Shown: positions 1 to 13,576, numbered from the stretch's first letter. The stretch is 33,358 nt of DNA from Promethearchaeota archaeon (GCA_008080735.1 SHMW01000048.1:1-33358), one strand, 5' to 3'. The notes: generated from the letters alone by a model not told the origin. Made by a program: numbers and translations.

Positions 1-74
1 TTGAATTAATTATCAATTATTATTTCTATAAAAATTCTTATTTCTATAAGAAATTATTGCTTATAATAAGTATT

Positions 75-98
75 TACATTCTAGCGGAATAGAATGTA
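75..98. repeat. Perfect 9-bp inverted repeat TACATTCTA-N6-TAGAATGTA
   Basis: Read directly from the non-coding stretch 1-289. Confidence 0.6.
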
Positions 99-289
99 TC
101 AAAAAATATGTTTATAGGTATTGATAATGGTTATTTTTTGAATTGGTCATTATAATATCAATCTTAATGCGTCATTAAGTAAAATAAGCCAATTCCAAAT
201 AAATAATGAAGAGAAAATTTATTGAGTAATGCACATTTAAATCTCAAACAAACAATACTAATTATTAATTTCCAAAACAAAAGGAAATT

Positions 290-637
290 TTATTTCTCCA
301 CATTTTCGAGTTTTTGTTTTAAAATCTGATTATCTTCTCTTAAACGCTCAATTTCTTCACTTAATGGCTTCACAATAGCAATAACTTGCTCTCTAGAAAA
401 TAGATTATCATTGTCTAATTCTTGAATCTCTTGACCCCTAATTCTTCCATCTTGGTCAATATATAGGATAGTCAGCAATTCACTTACTTGCCCATCTTGG
501 ATATTATCATGTAAGAAGACATAAGGAAAGGGGTATTTCCTACGATTTTCTAGCATTTCTTTTGAAATTTGGATCTCGTGCGTCTTATTACAATATTTAC
601 AGTTATAATGCTTAGTAATAAACTCTTTATCGGACAT
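290..637 (-). CDS. Hypothetical protein with N-terminal CxxC-x3-H putative metal site and C-terminal coiled coil
   Basis: 115-aa ORF with CKYCNKTH, a YPFPYVFLHD...LYIDQDGRIRG core and a heptad-like tail (EEIERLREDNQILKQKLE). Lies 28 bp downstream of the RNase III gene on the same strand. Confidence 0.7.
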   Translation of the reverse strand: MSDKEFITKHYNCKYCNKTHEIQISKEMLENRRKYPFPYVFLHDNIQDGQVSELLTILYIDQDGRIRGQEIQELDNDNLFSREQVIAIVKPLSEEIERLREDNQILKQKLENVEK

Positions 638-665
638 GCTCTATTTAGGAAATATATAGTTTGAA

Positions 666-1397
666 TTAAATTTTGTTTTTTAAATTTTTATAAATTCTAC
701 GATAAAGATTTTGCTCCGCATATTTTTTACTCTTCGATCTTTTTGATTCTAGATGATTTATGTAGGATGTCAAGTCTTTCAATAACTCATTGTTTTGACT
801 ATAAATCCGTGGATTTTTAGCAATCCAAATGCGTTCATTATCCGGGCCAAGCGAGTGAAAATCTGTCTTAATAATTGGAGTAAATCTCAGCTGAGCTTGG
901 AGAAATTCTAATAACCTACTTTTATTAAAAATCGAAGAATCTTTTACAAGATCATTCCAATCATCATAGAATTTATCTATAATTTTCTCTTGGACGGTAT
1001 GAAAATCCTCTTGAGCATCTAAAAATACCGCCCCGCATAGCGCTTCAAAGGTGTCAGCTAAAATTTTTGTTCTTTTTAGGGTTTGGTTTTCTGATTTAAA
1101 TATGCAATTATGTAGTTCGAAATATTGTCGAGCGATTTTTTTTAACATATTATCATTTTCCAATTCTTGTTTCAATTGGGTGATTTTTCCCGGTGTTCGA
1201 ATCCCATCTTTATACTTCTTTAATATAAATATTAATCTGATTACACTATCACCAATAGTCTCTAATATCTCATAATCTTCCAATCCATGTTCATTTCCGT
1301 ATTGAGGAGTTGTTAAAGCTTGACGTAATAAATCTTGGTTTGTAAATTCATACCCAATTTTTTTTTGAATCTTGTCTAATTTATTATCTTCACTCAT
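666..1397 (-). CDS. rnc: Ribonuclease III (RNase III nuclease domain plus dsRBD)
   Basis: N-terminal IGYEFTNQDLLRQALT; signature YEILETIGDSVI (cf. NERLEFLGDAVL); ADTFEALCGAVFLD (cf. ADxxEAxxGAxxLD); dsRBD motifs KSRLLEFLQ, GPDN and SKKYAEQ. Confidence 0.9.
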   Translation of the reverse strand: MSEDNKLDKIQKKIGYEFTNQDLLRQALTTPQYGNEHGLEDYEILETIGDSVIRLIFILKKYKDGIRTPGKITQLKQELENDNMLKKIARQYFELHNCIFKSENQTLKRTKILADTFEALCGAVFLDAQEDFHTVQEKIIDKFYDDWNDLVKDSSIFNKSRLLEFLQAQLRFTPIIKTDFHSLGPDNERIWIAKNPRIYSQNNELLKDLTSYINHLESKRSKSKKYAEQNLYRRIYKNLKNKI

Positions 1398-1451
1398 CTA
1401 TATTCTTAATTTTTAGATAAATTTAAAAATTTAGAAGGGACTAATAAATAT

Positions 1452-1889
1452 ATGGAAAATGATGAAGATTTAATGGAGGTAATGTCTATAATAGAAGAAA
1501 TTGAACGAAAATACGTTGATCTAGAACAATCCCTTTCCAATTTACCTATTGCTTCTCGAGATGCTATTTTGGAAGAAATTTATAAGGATATTATTCTCAA
1601 TAATCCAGTAATAAAAAATTTCGGGACTTCAAAAGACCAAATTTGTATCGAAGGAGGGGACACTAAGGCTAAAAAGTTGGATAATTTTATTCAAAGTACC
1701 ATAGACAATATTAAAGCTAATCGTATTAAGAAAGTTTTCTATTTGCGCAAGTTTCTTGATGGTTTTGTGGATATTTCTGAATCGGATAAAAATGTGGTGA
1801 TTAAATCCCTAAAAAACACGGATATAGTTCAATTAAGAGAGCGATTAGAATCGCTAACACGAATTTTCAAGATAGAAAATGTTGATTGA
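1452..1889 (+). CDS. Hypothetical helical protein
   Basis: 145-aa ATG ORF divergent from rnc with protein-like composition; no motif recognised. Confidence 0.7.
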   Translation: MENDEDLMEVMSIIEEIERKYVDLEQSLSNLPIASRDAILEEIYKDIILNNPVIKNFGTSKDQICIEGGDTKAKKLDNFIQSTIDNIKANRIKKVFYLRKFLDGFVDISESDKNVVIKSLKNTDIVQLRERLESLTRIFKIENVD

Positions 1890-1975
1890 AGTCAGCTTTC
1901 CAGCTATTTAAATAAAAAAGTAAAAAATTATTGCAAGTCTTATTTTCTAAGAAAAATATCAAAAGGAATAGATTT

Positions 1976-2368
1976 TTACAACAACGCAAATATTTCTGTT
2001 AGTGCTAATACTTTTGAAATTCCCTTAATCTTTATTTTTCGGGTAATAATTTTTCCAATCATCGAGATTGTAGATAATTCTCCCGTTGCGATTTTAAAAA
2101 AGAGATTTGTTGTAGTAGCCAATCTTCCATCCCATCCTAATGCCTCTTTTGTTAAGTTTTCCTTTTCATTGTTTTTAATCCCATCAACTTCAACAGTCCC
2201 TTCTTTAATTTTAATAAGTGCTGCGTACCTTCCATCAACGGCATTGAGGAGGATTTTAAGATTTGTGTCTTTGAACTTTTTTTTAAACTCCTCATTATCA
2301 TTAAGCGGTTCCAATTGCTGAGAAATTACCTTCGCAAACCCTCTCAGCTTTTTCTTTTTTTCTGACAT
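1976..2368 (-). CDS. SCP2 sterol/lipid-binding domain protein
   Basis: 130 aa with an SCP2-like pattern: ALIKIKEGTVEV, FFKIATGELSTISMI and a C-terminal KIKIKG motif. Confidence 0.7.
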   Translation of the reverse strand: MSEKKKKLRGFAKVISQQLEPLNDNEEFKKKFKDTNLKILLNAVDGRYAALIKIKEGTVEVDGIKNNEKENLTKEALGWDGRLATTTNLFFKIATGELSTISMIGKIITRKIKIKGISKVLALTEIFALL

Positions 2369-2550
2369 AATAATTACTCTAAATCTTTTATTATTAAAAA
2401 ATCAACAATAATACTAGTTATTTTAATTATTATTTTATTCATAAAAGAATTTAAATCTTTAAATTATGATTTTAGACTAGTTTATTAAGCTAAAATTGAA
2501 AACAAATCGGGAGATAGGAAGTGAACTATCCAAATATCTTTAGAATGAAG

Positions 2551-2799
2551 TTAATATCCCGATTCTTCGCTACCTGTGAAAAATTCTTCATAGGCTTTTC
2601 TATCTTCAATAGAGATTCTATCTGCTTTGCTTTCTTTGACAACGATCGGTGAAGTTTCCTTATCGTCGTGCCTAATGGTTTTGATAATCTTATACTCTTT
2701 TTCATCCTCTCCGAGTTCAAAAAACTGGTCGCAAGCTTTGCAGTACAGTTTTTTACCCTTTGGAATCAAGATATTATCACATTCGGGGCAGAATTTCAT
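2551..2799 (-). CDS. RpoM/TFS-like protein with N-terminal zinc ribbon only
   Basis: MKFCPECDNILIP...LYCKAC matches the RNA polymerase M/Rpb9/TFS N-terminal ribbon. No C-terminal TFIIS ribbon is present. SD-like AGGTGA lies upstream. Confidence 0.8.
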   Translation of the reverse strand: MKFCPECDNILIPKGKKLYCKACDQFFELGEDEKEYKIIKTIRHDDKETSPIVVKESKADRISIEDRKAYEEFFTGSEESGY

Positions 2800-3125
2800 A
2801 TTCTCACCTATTCTCTGTTATTATTTGATTATAAATTCTATACATTACTTCCAAACGTGCGAAATTTTTAGTAAATTCTTACTATAACTTAATCATAAAG
2901 TAAATTTTTCTATTTAAACCTTTCTTTAATTTTGAATGATACAAATAACCAATAAAACAATTATTAAAAAGTTTTATTTATCATTCATTAATTTTTTATT
3001 GATTGACTAAAGTTTCTAAAGGTAGGATTAGGATTAAGTTTAAATCTTTAATTCCTCAGAATAAAGTAGTTTGGATGGGAAGAGTGTGAACACATTTCAT
3101 GAAAATATCATTTTCTCTCCTCCTT

Positions 3126-3653
3126 TCACTGTGATTGCTGATTTTTTTCATACATTCTTAATTGGGGGATCCAAGCTCTAACGTTTTTTTTATAATTTAG
3201 AAATTCCTCTCCAAATCGCTTTTTCATTCCTTTATCTTCAAAAAGTGGTAAATAAACCATATTCCCTATTAAAAAGATAAGATCCCATAGCAAAATCCAC
3301 AAAGAACCAAAAATCAACGCTTCTCCAAATAATATAATTACCACGGCTATAATCATAGGATGTCGAACATATTTATACGGTCCTTTAATAATTAGCTTTT
3401 GAGTTTCTAACGGTTTTAGTGGCATAAGAGTCCCTTTACCTTTTGATATAAATATTAAATTACACTTAACAAAAAGACTTATCCCTATTATTAGTGATAA
3501 TATTCCTAAAATTACCATTATTAGATTTGGAAAGATTAAATTATCCAAAGTCCTTGAGTTGATTACAAATAACAGAATTGAAGGTATGATAATCATTACA
3601 GAAATAGGTAAAAGCATTGAGAAACTTATTTTTTTTGCTGATACCATTATCAT
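3126..3653 (-). CDS. Isoprenylcysteine carboxylmethyltransferase / PEMT family membrane methyltransferase
   Basis: Hydrophobic helices plus GKGTLMP, GPYKYVRHPM and E..M..RFGEEFLNYKKNVRAWIP motifs. Confidence 0.88.
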   Translation of the reverse strand: MIMVSAKKISFSMLLPISVMIIIPSILLFVINSRTLDNLIFPNLIMVILGILSLIIGISLFVKCNLIFISKGKGTLMPLKPLETQKLIIKGPYKYVRHPMIIAVVIILFGEALIFGSLWILLWDLIFLIGNMVYLPLFEDKGMKKRFGEEFLNYKKNVRAWIPQLRMYEKNQQSQ

Positions 3654-3757
3654 TTCAATTGATCATTAATTTCTTATGGAAAGAAGAAACAATTGACTTT
3701 TAAAATTTTGTAATAATATTTAATCTCAAAACAATTCGTTTATTCAAATATAGGATC

Positions 3758-4105
3758 ATGAGTAAAGAAGTTGAAAAATATCTTAAGAAGCTTTCCTCAC
3801 CTCAAAAGGAACTAAGCGAGAGGTTGAGATTTATCATTAAGTCAGAATTTCCTGAAATTGAAGAGAAAATGAAATATGGGGTTCCATATTACGATAACTT
3901 ATTTTATATCGTGGGATTAAAAACAAGCGTAAATTTAGGATTCTCAATTAAAGACTTAACTCCCGATGAAATCGCACTTTTCCAAGGAACGGGAAAGACG
4001 ACACGCCATCTTAAATACGAAAAGGTGGAAGATATTAATGAAGAAAAGGTTAGATCCTTATTACATTTAGTTTATAATAAATCACAACTTCCTAAATCTG
4101 ATTAA
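3758..4105 (+). CDS. DUF1801 (YdhG-like) domain protein
   Basis: VEKYL...LRFII...PEIEEKMKYGVPYY, VNLGF and GTGKTTRHLK match the DUF1801 pattern. Confidence 0.82.
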   Translation: MSKEVEKYLKKLSSPQKELSERLRFIIKSEFPEIEEKMKYGVPYYDNLFYIVGLKTSVNLGFSIKDLTPDEIALFQGTGKTTRHLKYEKVEDINEEKVRSLLHLVYNKSQLPKSD

Positions 4106-4167
4106 ATTGATGAACATAATTTTAAATCGAGCATTCGGTTATATTATAATAAGGATGAGATGAATTT

Positions 4168-4887
4168 ATGAAACAAGATATTTTATTAATAGGTCATAGA
4201 GGTGCGAATAAAGAGGCACCTGAAAATACCCTAAAATCATTTCAAAAAGCAATAGATCTGGGAGCAGATTATATTGAATTTGATATCCATCTGTCAAAGG
4301 ATCGTGAAATAGTCATTATGCATGATGACAATACGTATCGAACAACGGGCCATCAAGGAATTATTAAACAGATGACCTTATCAGAATTAAAGGCCCTTGA
4401 TTGTGGTGAGGGAGAGCAGATACCTACACTCCAAGAATTAATTCATCTAGCTAAAAATAAAATTGGATTACAATGTGAAATAAAGGCAGAGGGCTTAGTC
4501 ATAGATTTGGTCAAAATCTTGAAAAAAGAGGCTCTGATTGAAAATACTATCGTCAGCTCCTTTAAGCACGGCGAATTAATTAAAGTCCAGCAAGAAGAAC
4601 CAAGATTAAAAATCGCTCCTCTTGAGCCTACGGGAACTGGATGGCTGACCGATTGGATTCAAAAGAAAAAAATCATTGATAATGCGGCAAAACAAAATTA
4701 TTATGGAGTGCATCCATTATATAGACTCGTAAACAAGGAACTAATCGAGTATGCTCATAAAAAGGAATTGAAAGTGAATGTGTGGACGGTAGATAGTAAA
4801 CGAGCAATGGAAAAATTAATTGATCAAGGTATCGATGGGATCATTACAAATGATATCCAAAAGGCAAAAAAGGTTTTAAATCGCTAA
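4168..4887 (+). CDS. Glycerophosphodiester phosphodiesterase
   Basis: GHRGA, PENT, EFDIHLSKD...IMHD, IPTLQE, EIK, VWTVD and GIITN motifs of the GDPD (UgpQ/GlpQ) family. Confidence 0.95.
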   Translation: MKQDILLIGHRGANKEAPENTLKSFQKAIDLGADYIEFDIHLSKDREIVIMHDDNTYRTTGHQGIIKQMTLSELKALDCGEGEQIPTLQELIHLAKNKIGLQCEIKAEGLVIDLVKILKKEALIENTIVSSFKHGELIKVQQEEPRLKIAPLEPTGTGWLTDWIQKKKIIDNAAKQNYYGVHPLYRLVNKELIEYAHKKELKVNVWTVDSKRAMEKLIDQGIDGIITNDIQKAKKVLNR

Positions 4888-5034
4888 ATCAACCGATTAA
4901 CTCTACTATTTTCGTAAAAAATATGTATAGCACTGAGTAATTATTCAAAAAACCTACATGATAAAATATTTTAGGTATTTTTGATTCTTTAAATCATTAT
5001 TTACAATTAAAATAATTGCTTTAAACCATAGAAT

Positions 5035-6543
5035 ATGTTTTCAATAACTACTCAAACTACAAAAGAGATTGATTTTAAGCGTTTGTTTTATCCCCGCGCA
5101 ATCGGCATTATCGGTGCGAGCTACAATCCTACGGGTGGTGGATATTTCGTCCAAGTTATGAAAGACAGACTCAAAGTTCCGATGTATCTTTTCAATCCTC
5201 GATTAAAAGGTAAAGAAATATTTGGAAGAAAAGTATATGCATCAATTCTTGATATTCCAGAGGATAAACCAATCGATTATGTAATTCTTGCCGTTCCTGC
5301 TAAGATTGTACCTAATCTTTTAGAGGAAACGGGAAAAAAAGGAGTACACTTTGTTACAATATTTAGTTCTGGGTTTAGTGAAGTTGGTAACGAAGATCTA
5401 GAGGAAGAGGTTCTGAAAATCGCAAAAACATATAATATCCGAATTATAGGACCAAATTGTATTGGAGTGTATTGTCCAGAGTCAGATTTGTATTTTGGAA
5501 GAGATCAATCTAAAAAAGCGGGAAATTTTGGAGGTGTTTTTCAATCAGGAGGATTGGCTGTAAACGCATCTCAATTGGCAGTCTCCTATGGTTGCTACGT
5601 ATCGAAAATGATTTCTATTGGAAATGCGATTGATCTATCTCATCCTGATTTTTTGGAATATTTTTCGAAAGATGATAAGACGGCGATAATCGGTTTGTAT
5701 TTAGAAAATCTCAAAAATCAAGAATATGGGAGACGGTTTATGGATGCCGCAAGGAAATGTACACTCAATAGGAAACCAGTTATCTTATGGAGAGCAGGAT
5801 ATGGGGAAGCAACAAAAAAGGCTATACAGTCTCATACGGGAGGTTTGGCGGGAAATAATGAGATATGGAAAGCGGTCGCCAAGCAAACGGGTTGCTGTTT
5901 AGTGAATAATTCTATTGAGCTATCCGCTCTAGCGGCGGCATTTAAATTAACTCATTTGCCCTCAACCAGAAATATAGGTCTAATAGGTATAGGCGGGGGC
6001 TCCACGATTGAAGCTAGTGATACGTTAGAAAAATATAATATAAAAATACCTCGGCTTACTGATAAAACAATCGAAAAAATGTCGAGATTCCTTCCTGAAG
6101 TTAATACTAATCTGAAAAACCCCTTAGATTTAGGCGCAATGGGTGCACTCCCTCACTTATATTATCGAACTATCATAACTTTAGACAAGGATCCGAATAT
6201 TTCATCAATTGTTTTTGTAAAGGATCCCGAGCGATTCAATAGATTAGAGGAAACAATGATCTCAAAGATGGGATTTGAAGAGGGTGTGGATTTAAACCGT
6301 ACATTCATAAAATATATCAGTAAAGCAAAAAGAGTCTGTGATAAACCTATGTATTGTGTGATGTTAAAGATATCGGAGGGTTTTGAGGAATATAAGAGTC
6401 GATATAAATTCAAATTGAAGCTTCTCAATAGGAATGTACCTGTTTATGAAAATTTCGATTTAATAGGAAAAGTTCTTGACCAAATGAATAAATATCGTGA
6501 ATTTTTACAAATACACGGCAAATATCCTAAAAATAAATCATAA
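5035..6543 (+). CDS. Acyl-CoA synthetase (NDP-forming), alpha subunit
   Basis: CoA-binding domain (LFYPRAIGIIGAS, FSSGFSEVG, RIIGPNCIG), QSGG, phospho-His motif SHTGGLAG and NPLDL. No ATP-grasp beta domain. Confidence 0.9.
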   Translation: MFSITTQTTKEIDFKRLFYPRAIGIIGASYNPTGGGYFVQVMKDRLKVPMYLFNPRLKGKEIFGRKVYASILDIPEDKPIDYVILAVPAKIVPNLLEETGKKGVHFVTIFSSGFSEVGNEDLEEEVLKIAKTYNIRIIGPNCIGVYCPESDLYFGRDQSKKAGNFGGVFQSGGLAVNASQLAVSYGCYVSKMISIGNAIDLSHPDFLEYFSKDDKTAIIGLYLENLKNQEYGRRFMDAARKCTLNRKPVILWRAGYGEATKKAIQSHTGGLAGNNEIWKAVAKQTGCCLVNNSIELSALAAAFKLTHLPSTRNIGLIGIGGGSTIEASDTLEKYNIKIPRLTDKTIEKMSRFLPEVNTNLKNPLDLGAMGALPHLYYRTIITLDKDPNISSIVFVKDPERFNRLEETMISKMGFEEGVDLNRTFIKYISKAKRVCDKPMYCVMLKISEGFEEYKSRYKFKLKLLNRNVPVYENFDLIGKVLDQMNKYREFLQIHGKYPKNKS

Positions 6544-6598
6544 ACTTTTAGTTTTTTATATCTTTCCTATTTCACAATAGTATAAACTCGTTGATAGT

Positions 6599-7270
6599 TT
6601 ACGCTTTTTTTAAAATGAGAGTTATATCTGATCCAAAATTTATGAAATTAGGAATTGGAATAAAGCCCAACCAATAGTAATTTCTTTCTAGTATTTTAAA
6701 ACCAATTTTTCTGAGTTTGGAAATCAGTTTTTCTGCTGGAAGAACTGAGACATGCGTTTGGTCATTATCAAACCTTAAGAATTCAGTGATCTTGTATTGG
6801 GTTTTTATTGGAATATGTAAAAATAAGATCCCATCTCGAGCCAAACATCTATGAATATTTCTAAGAGGAACATTAATATCTTCAATATGTTCTATTACAT
6901 CTATACAGCTTATCAAATCGAAGAAATATTCACCAAATGGAAGTTCCTCAGTTACATCATGAACCCAAAAACGGTTATCGGGCAAATCGGGGAAAATTCT
7001 TTTACACATTCTAATCGCGTGCTTAGATATATCACATCCATAAATTTTGAAATCATTACGCATGAAGTATAGCATAAAACCATAACTACATCCAATATCC
7101 AAAATTTTTCCTTGTGCTTTATATTTTTTTATTAACTTTATCTTTCCCATCCAAAATATTGCTCTTCTAAGAAAAAGATATCCACCTGGTAATTTAGCAT
7201 AATTCGAACCAGCACCAACATAGTAATCTTTTTGATATTGGTCCAATTTGGACTCTTCAGAATAAGTCAT
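6599..7270 (-). CDS. Class I SAM-dependent methyltransferase
   Basis: ILDIGCSYG, YGCDIS, FDLISCIDVIEHI and L..DG motifs. Confidence 0.9.
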   Translation of the reverse strand: MTYSEESKLDQYQKDYYVGAGSNYAKLPGGYLFLRRAIFWMGKIKLIKKYKAQGKILDIGCSYGFMLYFMRNDFKIYGCDISKHAIRMCKRIFPDLPDNRFWVHDVTEELPFGEYFFDLISCIDVIEHIEDINVPLRNIHRCLARDGILFLHIPIKTQYKITEFLRFDNDQTHVSVLPAEKLISKLRKIGFKILERNYYWLGFIPIPNFINFGSDITLILKKA

Positions 7271-7357
7271 ATAAAATAATCTAAATTTGTGTAATTAATA
7301 TAATTTTAGAATTTGGATTAGATAATATTATTATATTTATTAAAATTATTATTCACT

Positions 7358-8107
7358 CTACTCTAACGGTTTCGCCGGACTTCCGGAATAAATTTCTTTA
7401 TTGGCTTTACCTCTCCAATTTTTATGCAACACCGATAAAGGATATATAGTGTAATTTTTCTCAGTTTTTGCATTGGGTCCCGCAATGACACATGGATAAA
7501 ATGTTGTATTTTTTTCTAAATAAACTTCCATCATACTAATTTTTCCGAATATGGTATTGACTGCATGACTTGAAATAGCTGCGGTTGGATATAGAAACAC
7601 ATTTTCATTAATCTTAGTAAATTCTAAACCAGCAAAACTATCACAAAAGATTACATTTTCACTAAGTTCATTATGTCCAATTCTTCTTAATGCTCTATTT
7701 ACAAGCCAAGGAAAAGGAGACTTAGAGCTTAACCATACAGGAAATTTAATAATAAATCCTCTTCGATGATAATACTTCAAAATCTTTCCCTCTTTATTAT
7801 TTAAGTTATCAAGATTTCTTTGAAAAATCCCTTGTTTTGGAGGATGGCTTTTATTCCATATTTTTACCCAATAATAAGAGAACTCTATTAGAATTAAAAT
7901 ATAAGCATAATAGAGGAAAAATAGAAGAAATGGAATCAAAAGAATGTGAATTATACAACTCAATGAAAAAAAAAATATAATGATATACTCAAATAAAAGA
8001 AATGCACCCATGCATATGTAAAAAGGTACTAAAAAGCAGATAAAATTTATTGCGAAAAATTCTAATATCGGCAACTCAACATTTTTCTTTTCAATTTGCT
8101 GTTTCAT
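7358..8107 (-). CDS. Membrane protein with C-terminal degenerate left-handed beta-helix (acyltransferase-like)
   Basis: Two N-terminal TM segments, PPKQGIF, LRRIG, hexapeptide-like stretches (INENVFL, ISSH, IAGPNA) and terminal YSGSPAKP typical of LbH proteins. Confidence 0.6.
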   Translation of the reverse strand: MKQQIEKKNVELPILEFFAINFICFLVPFYICMGAFLLFEYIIIFFFSLSCIIHILLIPFLLFFLYYAYILILIEFSYYWVKIWNKSHPPKQGIFQRNLDNLNNKEGKILKYYHRRGFIIKFPVWLSSKSPFPWLVNRALRRIGHNELSENVIFCDSFAGLEFTKINENVFLYPTAAISSHAVNTIFGKISMMEVYLEKNTTFYPCVIAGPNAKTEKNYTIYPLSVLHKNWRGKANKEIYSGSPAKPLE

Positions 8108-8295
8108 ATCAGGATACTTATGTTTTTTTTCATAAAATATAAAAATTGGTTTATATCTATGTAGAATACTTACTCTTATAACAGTTTCTATGATTATAAC
8201 ATAATTTCTAATATGATACTAATAAAAAGTCACACCATCACCTTTTCCTATCTTTCAGTCTAAAGATTTTTAATAAATAATATTTAGTCTTAATT

Positions 8296-12107
<3,812 letters not shown>

Positions 12108-12172
12108 TTAAATCCTCTCTGAGAATAAATGAGTAATGTGTTTAGGATGAATGAAATAAAGATCTATTGTTA

Positions 12173-13408
12173 TTAATCTTTATTTCGACTAACCTTATAC
12201 TTGAAATAAAACATAATCAGAGCGATAGCACCAATTATAGCCATGACTATACTCCACCAATATTGGTGAATAATACCTCGGATACTTAGGTCAAATATTG
12301 CACCTCCTACAATTGGTCCGATAATTTGTGCGATACTGTCTAAAGAAGTAGTATAACTATTTATCCTGCCTTGTATCTTCCTACTTACCGATTGAGAGAT
12401 TACACTTAAAAGGTTGCCTCGTACTGATGCAGCAGCAAAGCTGATAACAATTAGTAGACTCATCACAATAATCGCGTCATTAAATAATGCGATAATAGAA
12501 AACATGGCAACAAAAAGGCTCAATCCCAATAGTATCATGTTCTTTTCCCCTATTTTCCTTAAAACTGGCTTAAAAAAAGCAAAGCGAGTGATTGCTCGAA
12601 AAATTCCCGATATTGTGAGAATAAGTCCAATTTCGAATGCTACTAATCCCAGTATACTGCTAAGAAAGAGTGAAATATTGGCCATTAATAATGTAAATGA
12701 AATTGTATGAAAACCCCATAAGATAAGTAAATATAAAGCATTTGTATCCTTTAAGATTGAAACCTTTGTATGTTGCTCTTTCTTCCCACGTTCTCTCAAT
12801 TCCTCAGGCCATGACTCCTCTAATAATATTAAGGTCAAGATTATTGTAGTTAGAGATAGTATTGATGCGAGCATCCCTGGACCAATAATCCCCAAGAATT
12901 CAAATAAAATTCCTCCCAATCCTGGGCCAATAAGAGACGAAAGCACATGGGCGACACCTATATTTGCCATCTGAACACCTCTGTCTTTTGGAGGAACCAC
13001 ATCACTGATAATCGCTTTTGCTATCGGAAAATTTCCTCCAAAAATTCCATCGATAACTCTTGAAAGAAAAATTAACAAAAGAGAATTTGAAAAGGCTAAC
13101 ATCAAAAACGCGGATAAGGTTCCGAATTGAGATATTAAGAGCATCGGTTTTCGGCCATAAGAATCACTCAACCTCCCCCATAAAGGTGCAAAGAAAAGTG
13201 TGAACACCGCATTGACCGCAATTATAATCCCAATGATTGAGGGAGTCGTATTATAGATCTCTATAAATGAGGGCAGAAAAGGAATGATAAGATAAAATCC
13301 TAAAATATCAATAAAAACTGCGGCCCATAATGGAAACAATCGTGGATAACTTACGAATTTATCGATTTTTGTGTCTTTCCACTTTGATTCTGAAATATCT
13401 TCTGTCAA
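12173..13408 (-). CDS. MFS transporter (TetA/DHA1-like)
   Basis: About 12 TM segments; motif A GRLSDSYGRKP, DILG in TM1, RVIDGIFGG and GPGLGG. TTG start preceded by GGTGAT. Confidence 0.9.
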   Translation of the reverse strand: MTEDISESKWKDTKIDKFVSYPRLFPLWAAVFIDILGFYLIIPFLPSFIEIYNTTPSIIGIIIAVNAVFTLFFAPLWGRLSDSYGRKPMLLISQFGTLSAFLMLAFSNSLLLIFLSRVIDGIFGGNFPIAKAIISDVVPPKDRGVQMANIGVAHVLSSLIGPGLGGILFEFLGIIGPGMLASILSLTTIILTLILLEESWPEELRERGKKEQHTKVSILKDTNALYLLILWGFHTISFTLLMANISLFLSSILGLVAFEIGLILTISGIFRAITRFAFFKPVLRKIGEKNMILLGLSLFVAMFSIIALFNDAIIVMSLLIVISFAAASVRGNLLSVISQSVSRKIQGRINSYTTSLDSIAQIIGPIVGGAIFDLSIRGIIHQYWWSIVMAIIGAIALIMFYFKYKVSRNKD

Positions 13409-13576
13409 TCCCCAATCACCAGAGAAACTATTATATAATAATATTTAGAAATTTTTAGTATCAGTAATAGTTTACGAAAATACGTTTTGGTTAAGTATAC
13501 GGGATCTTACAAAAAATTTTCATTTATTTATTATAGGTCTTAACCAGAAAAGAAAATTAGAATAAGATAATAAGAA

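Noticed and set aside
2526-2887. Alternative ORFs overlapping the TFS-like gene, including 2526..2720 as a possible frameshifted C-terminus
   Set aside because: They contain no cysteine pairs or QxRxxDE motif and do not restore a TFIIS ribbon.
3097-3125. AAGGAGG followed by ATG ATA TTT TCA TGA on the minus strand after the ICMT gene (mini-ORF or Sec readthrough)
   Set aside because: Readthrough gives only a short motif-less peptide, and no convincing SECIS hairpin was found.
3985-4002. GTGKT in the DUF1801 protein as a P-loop
   Set aside because: It lacks the GxxxxGKT context; GxGKxxRH is part of the DUF1801 pattern.
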